From NCBI GenBank assembly GCA_016180645.1, contig JACPAV010000003.1, positions 186,001 to 250,000 of the forward strand: a stretch of DNA of 64,000 bases, in the 5' to 3' direction. Position 1 is the first letter of the stretch. Each line of letters starts with the position of its first letter. The DNA is from Nitrospirota bacterium (GTDB lineage: Bacteria; JACPQY01). The position numbers and the translations under genes were made by a program. Positions 9,742 through 18,100 of the stretch are shown here, piece by piece. A model generated the notes under the pieces. It was not told where the DNA came from, did not search any database, and saw only the letters and a list, made by a program, of their open reading frames with translations.

Positions 9742-10170
9742 CTACTCCAGCTTCAAGACGGTAAGCTCGCGGAAGCGGTGGAAATCTCCGTCGTCCGTCA
9801 AGATCGAGTCGACACCGGACTCCCTGCATAGGGCGACGATCTGTGCATCAAATACCAGATTACCTCTCACTTCGTATTTCCGAATGGTCTCACCCAGAAG
9901 GCCGAGGAACCGATCACCGGGTAGAAGAACCCCTACATTCGGAGATTGGAGGAGTCTTCCGAGAGCTTCCGTCGCCTGATCGTGTGTACGCGGCTCCTTC
10001 AGAATGCCCGGGTGGGTCACCACGCGCAAGAATTCAGCCACGCAGAAGACCGGCAGGCCCCAAGGGTCGTCGCGCCCGGCCAGCTCCTTCAATTTTCCTG
10101 CGGCGAGGTCATGCTTGGGTGAGTCTTCCCAATGGGCGTACACCAGGATGTTGGTGTCAACAGCGACTAT
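9742..10170 (-). CDS. vapC: VapC-type PIN-domain toxin; apparent start codon is ATA
   Basis: Extending the ORF 9 codons upstream gives (I)VAVDTNILVYAH; also CVAEFLRVVTHP, DAQIVALC and ILTDDGDF PIN motifs. Confidence 0.88.
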   Translation of the reverse strand: MVAVDTNILVYAHWEDSPKHDLAAGKLKELAGRDDPWGLPVFCVAEFLRVVTHPGILKEPRTHDQATEALGRLLQSPNVGVLLPGDRFLGLLGETIRKYEVRGNLVFDAQIVALCRESGVDSILTDDGDFHRFRELTVLKLE

Positions 10171-10406
10171 TTCCGACCCTCCATGATCTCGTAGAGGCTG
10201 TCCCGATCCGATAGATCCACCCCCGGCCTAAGTTCTCCCTTGAAGGTCAACAGCTTGAGCCGGAAGGGTTTCTGCTTCTTCGCCGGCGGGCGAAGAACCA
10301 ACCGGAGGGCATCTTCGATGACGCGCGTAAGCGTCGTGCCCGCTTCCAGCGCCCGCCGCTTGGCCGCGCGCACGAGGCCGTCATCCAGATCCAGCGTCGT
10401 CCTCAT
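10167..10406 (-). CDS. vapB: VapB-type ribbon-helix-helix antitoxin
   Basis: MRTTLDLDDGLVRAAKRRA...TLTRVIEDALR; 79 aa, directly upstream of and overlapping the PIN gene. Confidence 0.85.
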   Translation of the reverse strand: MRTTLDLDDGLVRAAKRRALEAGTTLTRVIEDALRLVLRPPAKKQKPFRLKLLTFKGELRPGVDLSDRDSLYEIMEGRK

Positions 10407-10442
10407 GCAGATTTATGTATCATCTTTGCAGATATATGTCAA
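10406..10442 (-). promoter_or_regulatory. vapBC promoter/operator
   Basis: Perfect TTGACA at 10437-10442; 12-bp direct repeat CATAWATCTGCA at 10406-10417 and 10427-10438 (21-bp spacing); no RBS before the ATG. Confidence 0.6.
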
Positions 10443-10454
10443 TTCCGTAATGAC

Positions 10455-10498
10455 GGTGACAGTATACTCTATTGGATGAAATAAAGTATACTGTCACC
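10455..10498. repeat. AT-rich 19-bp inverted repeat (terminator or miniature element)
   Basis: GGTGACAGTATACTCTATT-ggatga-AATAAAGTATACTGTCACC (18/19 match), 7 nt past the stop of the 10506 gene. Confidence 0.75.
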
Positions 10499-10505
10499 TA
10501 TTATA

Positions 10506-13500
10506 CTAGGGATTGACCGCGATGTACTTGAGGTCGGAATCCACCGTGGGGTCCAATGTGTAGCTGATATGAGGATTGCCGCCCGGATCAAGGGCGATCG
10601 AGCAGTACCGCCCGACGTTGCCGGTTGAATCCAGCCTCGTGTTCGTCCAGGCCCCCGACGTATTGGTCGAGTAGAGAAGGTCGAGATCCGTCACATCCTG
10701 GTGGCAGGCGTGGACTTTTCCGTTCGAGTCGACCTTGATGGAAGATTCCGGCGTTGTTGCGCCCGTCAGGAAGGCCATCGTCGAAACGACCCAGGAACCT
10801 GATGCATTGGTCGCATACCGCTGATCCGTATTGGCGTTGTCCCAGAACGATACGTGTGCCTTGTTGCCGGAGTCCAGTGCAATGGATGTTCCCGCGCCAG
10901 GCGCCGTATCGATCGTGGCCGCCACCCAGGCGCCCGAAGCATTGGTCGCATACTTCGGATCGGTATTGGTGACGTCGTAGTAAGCCACATAGGCCTTATT
11001 ATCCGTGCCGACGGCGATACTCGCGTACGTCCCGACATTCCCCCCCGCATCGACGTTCGCCGTAATAACCCAGGATCCCGAGGCATTCGTGGCATACTCC
11101 AGATCCGCATCCGTCACATCGTAGTAGGCGATGTGGACCTTCCCGTTCGAGTCGAGTGCAAGGGATGTGTACTGTCCGAGGTCGGTGCCTGTATTGTCCA
11201 CGGTGGTGGCGACCCACGAACCCGACGAATTGGTCGCGTATTTCAGGGCCGTATTGGTTGCATCGTAGTAGGAGATATGGGCCTTGTTGCTGGAATCGAG
11301 AGCCACGGAAGTATACTGGCCGACGTCGCCTCCGGTATCAACCGATTCAACCGTCCACGTTCCCGTCGTATTGTAGGCATACTTCAGGTCCCCATTGGTG
11401 ACGTCATAGTAGGAGATGTGAGTCTTGCCGTTCGAGTCGACGGCGATGGCGGTGTATCGACCGGCGTTGCCCGTGACAACGGCGGCCTGGCTTACCACCA
11501 TGATGCCATCCGAGGAATCGCAGCGGGAGTTCCCTACTTTGTCGAACGTTTTGACGTTGACGTAGTACGAGGTGCCTTGAGTCAGGGAGAGGGCGCCCAG
11601 ACTGAACGAGGTGTTCAAACTGTTGCTCGCAAAAGCGGTGATATTTGAGGGCGAAGCACCGCTACAGGTGGTGGTTCCCACGGCGAACTCGTACCGGTCC
11701 ACGCCGCTCGTATCGGAGGCCGTCGTCCAGCCGCCGGCAAGGGAGGTCGTTTTCGTCTGGATATCCTGGTCGCCGCCGATCGCATCCCGCACGGTGACGC
11801 TCCCAACACTCGTGTCGCAAGTGCGAGACGCCGCCGTTCCCGTTCCGTTATTTCCCTTCTTGTCCGTCGCCCGCATGTTGAGTGTCAGGCTCTGAGCGTC
11901 CGTGCAGGTGATCCCCGTCCAGGAACATGTCCCTCCCAGGAAAGTAGCAGTTGTCCACTCCGAATCGCACGTTCCGTCTGTGGATTTGCAGTATTCGCAG
12001 AGATCGATGCCGGAGCCGGATTCGGAGAAGTTCGCGCTCAGGTCGAACGGACTGTCCACATGAGTGACCGTCGCTGTACTCGTGACGTTGACCGTACCCG
12101 CCGACGGGGAAACCGTGTCCACGCCCCAAGCGGCCACCGCGGGCGAAAGATCCACGTTTCCGGCTCTGTCCGTCGCGCGGATCAACAGGCTGTAATTACC
12201 GGCCGCAAGGCCCTTGTCGGCGCGCGGCGATGTACAGGCCGTGTAGGCCGCTCCGTTAAAGCTGCATTCGAGCGCGGCGTCGGGCTCGTTGACCACGAAT
12301 TCAAAGGAAGCCTCGGTCCCGGCCACATAACAGAACGTTCCCAAGCTGCAAGGCTGCATGGTGAGAGTCACCTCGGGTGGGCGTTTGTCGTTGAGGAAGA
12401 AGAACCGGTCGCTCTTGTTGCCGAAGGCGTCATAGACAATGAGATACAGGAGATCGTTTGCGTCGCCCTTGTTGTCGCCGAGGTCGATGGAATCGAAGGA
12501 GCCGTCGGAATTCGCCACACCCTCGGCGATCTTCTTGCGCAGGAGATCATCCTCATAGATCTTGATACTGGCCCCCGGCTCGACGGCCTTCGCCGCGCCG
12601 GAGATGGTGTCCGACTTGCCCGGCGCATTCATCGCGACCGTCACCAGGGAAGCGTCCGGCATGGGCGGACGGGTCGTGTCGATCCGCACGGTATTTCCCG
12701 GCTGGGCCACGGTGATCAAATGGAATGCGAACCCGGCCGATTTCCCGTCCGTCGCATTGGCCTCCACAATGAACACCCCCTGCTGCGATGGAGCTGTCCA
12801 CTGGGTTTGGAAAGTCGGTATGGCCGGAGCGGCTTCAGTCGCGGTCGTCACGATATCGTTCTCGCGGCGCGGCGCCGAAGCCACAGCGGCGGCGGAGAGC
12901 GTTCCCCCGTTTGCCTTCCATCTTGCAAATAACGTGTCGTCTGAGTCCGGATCGGCCACCTCGGCCGTGAGAGTAATCGTTTCGCCGGGTTGGGCGGTGG
13001 GAACGCCCTTGATCTGTACCATCGGGGGTGTATTGGTCTGGCGGCCCTGGAAGTTGGCCACAAGAATCGTCACGTCCACGCTTTCCGTTGCGGACAGATC
13101 CACCCGCCTCGAATTCGAGCTGTATCCGGCGCGATTCGCCTGGATCACGTAGCTGATCGGCTGCAACCCCTTGAGGACGAAATTGCCGTTTCCGTCCGCC
13201 GTTGCTTTCTCCGAATCGGGGACGGTAGACACGATGGCGCCGCCGACACCCAATCCATCCGTGTCCACAACCTGTCCCGAGACCGTGCGGGGCTTCACTT
13301 CCGCCGGAGCATGAACCAACTGGACTTCCGCCAGCTTGGTGTCCGACTTCGCCTTGACCTCTACGCTCTCCCACTTGAACGCCTCGAAACCGGGGAACAT
13401 GGCGGCGAGCGGATAGCGACCGACCGGAACATTGAGAAGAATGAAGCTGCCCTTTTCGTCCGTCTTGGCCGTAAAACTGGTTCCGGGCACAAAAACGTCC

Positions 13501-14924
13501 GTTCCGAGATGGTTCTTGGCATCGGACCGGAGTGCTTTCCCGGAGATGGACCCCGACTCCTCTAGTGCCTTGGCCGCCACCGCCACTACGTTCCCCGCGG
13601 CAATCACCACGCTCTGAGACACGGCGTAGGTTTGGCCGCTCCTGCCCTGCTTGCGAATGATGAGCAGGTACTCGCCCGGCGGAGCGCCCGCCAGTTGGTA
13701 ATTGCCGTTCTCGTCGGAGTACGTGCAGAAGCTGGTTCCCTCAAGGCACACCTCAGCGCCCATGATCGTAGCCAAGCCGCTCGCCTGACGGACCACGCAA
13801 TCGGGGTCCGGAACGGCGCAATCCGGATCGCAGGAACCGTTCGAGTATTTCTTTTCGGCAATGCAGACGTCCGGCGCGACTGACGCACAGTCCGTGCTGT
13901 CAGACAATTCGAAACAGGCCTTGAGAAGGCGTGGTAGCGGCGGGTCGTTCGTCCTATGCGGATCCAGATACTGGCCGTAGCCCGAACCGAACCGCCCCTT
14001 ACTGAACTCGTCCTCCGCTCGCTGGTGCACACTCGCGAAATAGCTTGCCGCCGTATACCCGTCAAACCCCCAACTCTCGCAAATGCCGTTGGCCTGGTGC
14101 AGAACTAGAAACTCCTCCTGGCACTGATCCAAACGTCCCATAAACTCATCAATTTCATCCCAGCGAAGCCCTCCTGAGCGATACCCTTCGCTGAACGAGT
14201 CGATTTCATAAGACTCATTCCAGAGGCTGTCCACAACATAGCCACTCCGGGGATCGGGCAACCCACTGATTCGATGGGAATCCAAGTTCTTTCTCCATGT
14301 AGCCCAATCATCAAACGCGTATTCCTCGTATCCTAGATACACTGTAAACGCGGATTCCACGTCTGCTCCCCCCACTTTCACCTCGCCCAAACGGTATGCT
14401 CTCAGATAACTGTAGTAGATCCGAAGCAGGGCAAGTGAACCCGGATCGGGAAGCTTGCAATCCGGATCGAACTGCTGGCAGTTTCCATCGCAAACGTTGT
14501 CGCCGTACTTTTTCGACACCGCGCAAGGATCGAGGGACCCTTCTGCCACCGGATGGCGCGCCGGAACGGCCCGAACACCTTGCTCCGCGCCGCGTAAATC
14601 CATCCCCCGCACGCTGCCCCGGACTCCCCCGCGAACGCCCTGCTCGGCGCCCGTCAAGTCAATGGCCCGCCCCCCCTCCGCCTTCACCGATCCCTTCACG
14701 GCCCCGGTGCCCGGCGGAAGAGCGGCGGTCACCTCTCCGGCGCCGCCCGAGGACAGCTCCCCACTAACGTTTGGCAAAGTCCCCTGGTTCTTAGAGGCAC
14801 TCTCCCCACCCTTGCTCTTGCCGCCGCTACAGCCGAGATTTGCCACGAGGGCAAGAAGACACGCGGCACACCAGAAGCTGCACACAACGGACAGCGGGGC
14901 ACGGTGGACAATTTGAACGTTCAT
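10506..14924 (-). CDS. giant surface lipoprotein, paralog A (carboxypeptidase-regulatory-like/Ig-like stalk plus YTSIALD-repeat beta-propeller head)
   Basis: ATG 14924 with AAAGGAGG RBS; lipobox LGC; GVRG repeats; TDEKGSF/ADGNGNF-type domains; about 7 repeats of GQYTSxALDSxxKxHIxYYD at the C-terminus. Confidence 0.85.
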   Translation of the reverse strand: MNVQIVHRAPLSVVCSFWCAACLLALVANLGCSGGKSKGGESASKNQGTLPNVSGELSSGGAGEVTAALPPGTGAVKGSVKAEGGRAIDLTGAEQGVRGGVRGSVRGMDLRGAEQGVRAVPARHPVAEGSLDPCAVSKKYGDNVCDGNCQQFDPDCKLPDPGSLALLRIYYSYLRAYRLGEVKVGGADVESAFTVYLGYEEYAFDDWATWRKNLDSHRISGLPDPRSGYVVDSLWNESYEIDSFSEGYRSGGLRWDEIDEFMGRLDQCQEEFLVLHQANGICESWGFDGYTAASYFASVHQRAEDEFSKGRFGSGYGQYLDPHRTNDPPLPRLLKACFELSDSTDCASVAPDVCIAEKKYSNGSCDPDCAVPDPDCVVRQASGLATIMGAEVCLEGTSFCTYSDENGNYQLAGAPPGEYLLIIRKQGRSGQTYAVSQSVVIAAGNVVAVAAKALEESGSISGKALRSDAKNHLGTDVFVPGTSFTAKTDEKGSFILLNVPVGRYPLAAMFPGFEAFKWESVEVKAKSDTKLAEVQLVHAPAEVKPRTVSGQVVDTDGLGVGGAIVSTVPDSEKATADGNGNFVLKGLQPISYVIQANRAGYSSNSRRVDLSATESVDVTILVANFQGRQTNTPPMVQIKGVPTAQPGETITLTAEVADPDSDDTLFARWKANGGTLSAAAVASAPRRENDIVTTATEAAPAIPTFQTQWTAPSQQGVFIVEANATDGKSAGFAFHLITVAQPGNTVRIDTTRPPMPDASLVTVAMNAPGKSDTISGAAKAVEPGASIKIYEDDLLRKKIAEGVANSDGSFDSIDLGDNKGDANDLLYLIVYDAFGNKSDRFFFLNDKRPPEVTLTMQPCSLGTFCYVAGTEASFEFVVNEPDAALECSFNGAAYTACTSPRADKGLAAGNYSLLIRATDRAGNVDLSPAVAAWGVDTVSPSAGTVNVTSTATVTHVDSPFDLSANFSESGSGIDLCEYCKSTDGTCDSEWTTATFLGGTCSWTGITCTDAQSLTLNMRATDKKGNNGTGTAASRTCDTSVGSVTVRDAIGGDQDIQTKTTSLAGGWTTASDTSGVDRYEFAVGTTTCSGASPSNITAFASNSLNTSFSLGALSLTQGTSYYVNVKTFDKVGNSRCDSSDGIMVVSQAAVVTGNAGRYTAIAVDSNGKTHISYYDVTNGDLKYAYNTTGTWTVESVDTGGDVGQYTSVALDSSNKAHISYYDATNTALKYATNSSGSWVATTVDNTGTDLGQYTSLALDSNGKVHIAYYDVTDADLEYATNASGSWVITANVDAGGNVGTYASIAVGTDNKAYVAYYDVTNTDPKYATNASGAWVAATIDTAPGAGTSIALDSGNKAHVSFWDNANTDQRYATNASGSWVVSTMAFLTGATTPESSIKVDSNGKVHACHQDVTDLDLLYSTNTSGAWTNTRLDSTGNVGRYCSIALDPGGNPHISYTLDPTVDSDLKYIAVNP

Positions 14925-14983
14925 GGTTGGCCTCCTTTCGGCTTTGGCGCGATGCGCACACACTGTCGGCATAGACCGGGTCG

Positions 14984-15026
14984 AACTTAGCACGAAGAAC
15001 CACAATAGTCTGTGACTCAGATCACA
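14984..15026 (-). promoter_or_regulatory. CRP/FNR-family class II-type promoter of paralog A
   Basis: TGTGA-TCTGAG-TCACA (15011-15026), 21 nt, then TGC-TAAGTT extended -10 (hexamer 14984-14989). Confidence 0.75.
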
Positions 15027-15118
15027 CGTACCCCCACACTGTGGATCTTGGAGGTCACACTAATTGAACATGCCGCATGCCGGCACCCCCGCGGTCAACG
15101 AGGGAAACGCGGCGGGCG

Positions 15119-18100
15119 CTACGGGATGTTGTAGGCGAGGATCCGGTGGTTGCCGGAATCGACGACCCAGAGGCGGTCGCGGGCGGCATCGAAGGCCGCG
15201 CCCGTGGGGCTCGTCTGGCCGCCGGTATCGGTTTTGGCCGTGCTGGAGATCAGATCGGCCTGCCCGATTTCCGTCTTGGCTGAAAGTCCGTCTGCGAGCG
15301 AGCTGACGTCAAACAGGAGCGTCCGGTTGTTCCCCCTGTCCGCAACGAACAGCCAGTTGTTGTCCGTGTCGTATGCAAGTCCATTCGGCTGATTCATCTG
15401 GCCGGCCGAGAGGCCGCTCGCGCAGGTGCCGAAGCTGCCCTGTCCCAGGACATTCGCCGCTTCCTCCCCGTCCACAACAGTCGACACATCGTATACCACC
15501 ACTCGGTTGTTGGTGGCGTCGGCCACGAAAAGAAGGGAGCCCGATCCGTTGAGGGCGAGTCGCTTCGCATCGTGGAATCGGGACCTGGAGCATTGGTTGG
15601 TATTGTTGTTGAAATTCGTCTGGCCGAGCACATTGACGGCCGCCTGACCGTCGGTGATCACGCCTCCCACGTTGAAGGTGAGGACACGGTTGTTTCCGAC
15701 TCCCGCTCCGGCACCGCCTTCCACCGTGTAAAGCGTCCCGCCGCGCACGGCAACGTCCTCCGGCTGGTACATCTTGGATTGCGTCGTGCCGCTCGAAACG
15801 GTCGTCATGTCCGGCTGGCCAAGAACTTTTGCAGCGGGCTCGCCATTCGTTATGGAAGCCACGTCGTACATGAGGACGCGATTGTTGTTCGTGTCCGCCA
15901 CGTAGAGCCGATTGTTTGTGGCGTCGTAGTCGATACCCTTGGGATTGTTCAGGGTCGTTGCGGTTGCGCCCGAGGCCGTCTCGCTGAAATTCCCCTGTCC
16001 AAGAACAAAATCGGCCGTTCGATCCGTGAGCAGCCTGTTCGCATTGAGGTTGAAGACGAGGATCCGGTTGTTGCTGCTGTCGCTCGCAAAGAGTCTGCCG
16101 TTGGTGAGATCCAGAGCCACATCGTTGGGACTCTCAAAGGCGCTGGCGCGGGGGTTCCCCGCCTCGTTCGCCGTGTAGATTGCCCCGGAAGCGTCAAAAT
16201 GGCCGAGGAGATCGGAGGCGTTGGAGCCGGTCGTGAATGCGGCATAAACCATGACACGTTTGTTACCCGCGTCGACTACCCAGAGTTTTCCTGAGCCGGC
16301 GTCACCCACCAGCCCTGCCGGTGTGCTCATTCTGTTCGTGCCGACGGAGGCGGCCGAGTCCGTATAGTTTGCCTGGCCCAGAACGGCCGTCGCGGCCTCC
16401 GCATCCACGATCGCGTCCACGTCGAAAACCAGGACACGGTGGGCGTTCGAGCTTGCCTGAAAGAACTGTTTCGGAGCGGTCGCCACATAGGCCCCGCCCT
16501 GAACACCGCATGTGGCAGCCGACTGGCCGGCCCCTGGGCACCCGCAGGTCGTGAAGTTCGCCGCGCCAAGGACATTCGCCGCGTTCGGCCCGGGAGGCCC
16601 GCCGATGGGGAGTGCAAACACCAAGGTCCGATAGTTGTCCGATGCAAACAGTCTGCTCCCGGCGGTGTCCAGCGCGACACTCCGCGTTCCGAAGGAAAAC
16701 CCGCTCTGCGTGCAGGAATCCGTATTGCTCGTGAGATCGGCCTGCCCGATCACTTTGGTCGCCGCTTCCCCGTCCGAAATGGCCGTGACGTCATACAACA
16801 GTATCCGATTGTTGGTCTTGTCCGCGGCGTACAGAATGTTTCCCGAGTAGGCCAGGCCGACCGGCATGTTCAGTCCGCAGGCGGTTACGCTCGTTCCCAC
16901 GCCGTCCCCACAGCCCGCGCCGGCATTCTCGGTGTTGGCCGATCCCGTGATGAAGTTGACCTGGCCCAATACCTTGATGGCCGCCTCGCCGTTCGTAATG
17001 GACGTGACGTCGAAGATGAGGATCCGGTGATTCCCGCTGTCGGAAACGTACAGGTACTTGGTGGCCCCGTCACCGTTGTACGCCACACCCCTGGGCCTGT
17101 TCATCCGGGAAGAGGTCGTGGCGGATTCGGTCGAGTACAGGTCCGCTTGACCGAGAACGAAATCCGCAATTCGATCGGCCAGAGTTTCGTTCGAGGGTGC
17201 ATCGGTTAGAGTGAAAACGAGAACCCGGTGGTACATCATGTCCGCCACGAAGAGCCGATTTCCGACCGTGTCGACGGCGATGCCGACGCTGTGATCGCCG
17301 CCATCCGTCGGATTCAGGCCCGTGCCGTCCGGATCGTTAATGCCCCCCCGCGTGTAGACCATGTTGCCGGAGCCGTCCAAGTGACCGGCTCCGTCGGCTT
17401 CGAACATCTCCATCAGCCACACGGTAATTCCGGCGGACGGAGTCTCGACGTTCCCGGCAGCGTCCGTAGCCCGGCTTCGGACATTATGATTGATCTTGGT
17501 GGCCGTGAAGGAGGCGGACCAGGAGGTCGTGCCGGTCGCCGATGAATAGGCCGCGCCACCGTTTGAAGAAGTGTCGACCTTTTGGATGCCCGATCCGGAG
17601 CCATCCGCCGCCGTGCCGGTCAGGTTGACCGTCGGGCCCGCCACCGGGAACAGGGCGCCTCCTACGGGACTGGAGATGGACGAGGAAGGAGCCTGTTTGT
17701 CGATCCTCACGAGGGCCGACTTGGCGTTTTCCTGGTTGCCCACCGCATCCCGCGAGAAGTAACGCACGTACTGCTGGCACACGGTACCCGCCGCGCAGGT
17801 AACGGTCGCACTCGTGCCCCCGGTGTCGGGCGTGCAGATGTCGGACGGGTCCTTGCAGAAGAGCGTGGTGGCGCTCCCGCCGGTGGTCCCGGAGCCGGCA
17901 TCGGTCTTCGTCAGTGTCACCGTGACATCCGTATTGACCCAGGATGCCGGTGCGTCGGAGGTCGTCGCCGGCGCCAGCGTGTCGCATTTCCGGCTCAAGG
18001 CCGTACCGATTGCCACGTTCTGCGCCTGATCGATCGCGCGGAGGTTGAGGGTGAGGTTCTGGGCGTCCGTGCAGGTCAGGGCGGTCGCCGTGCAGGTGTA

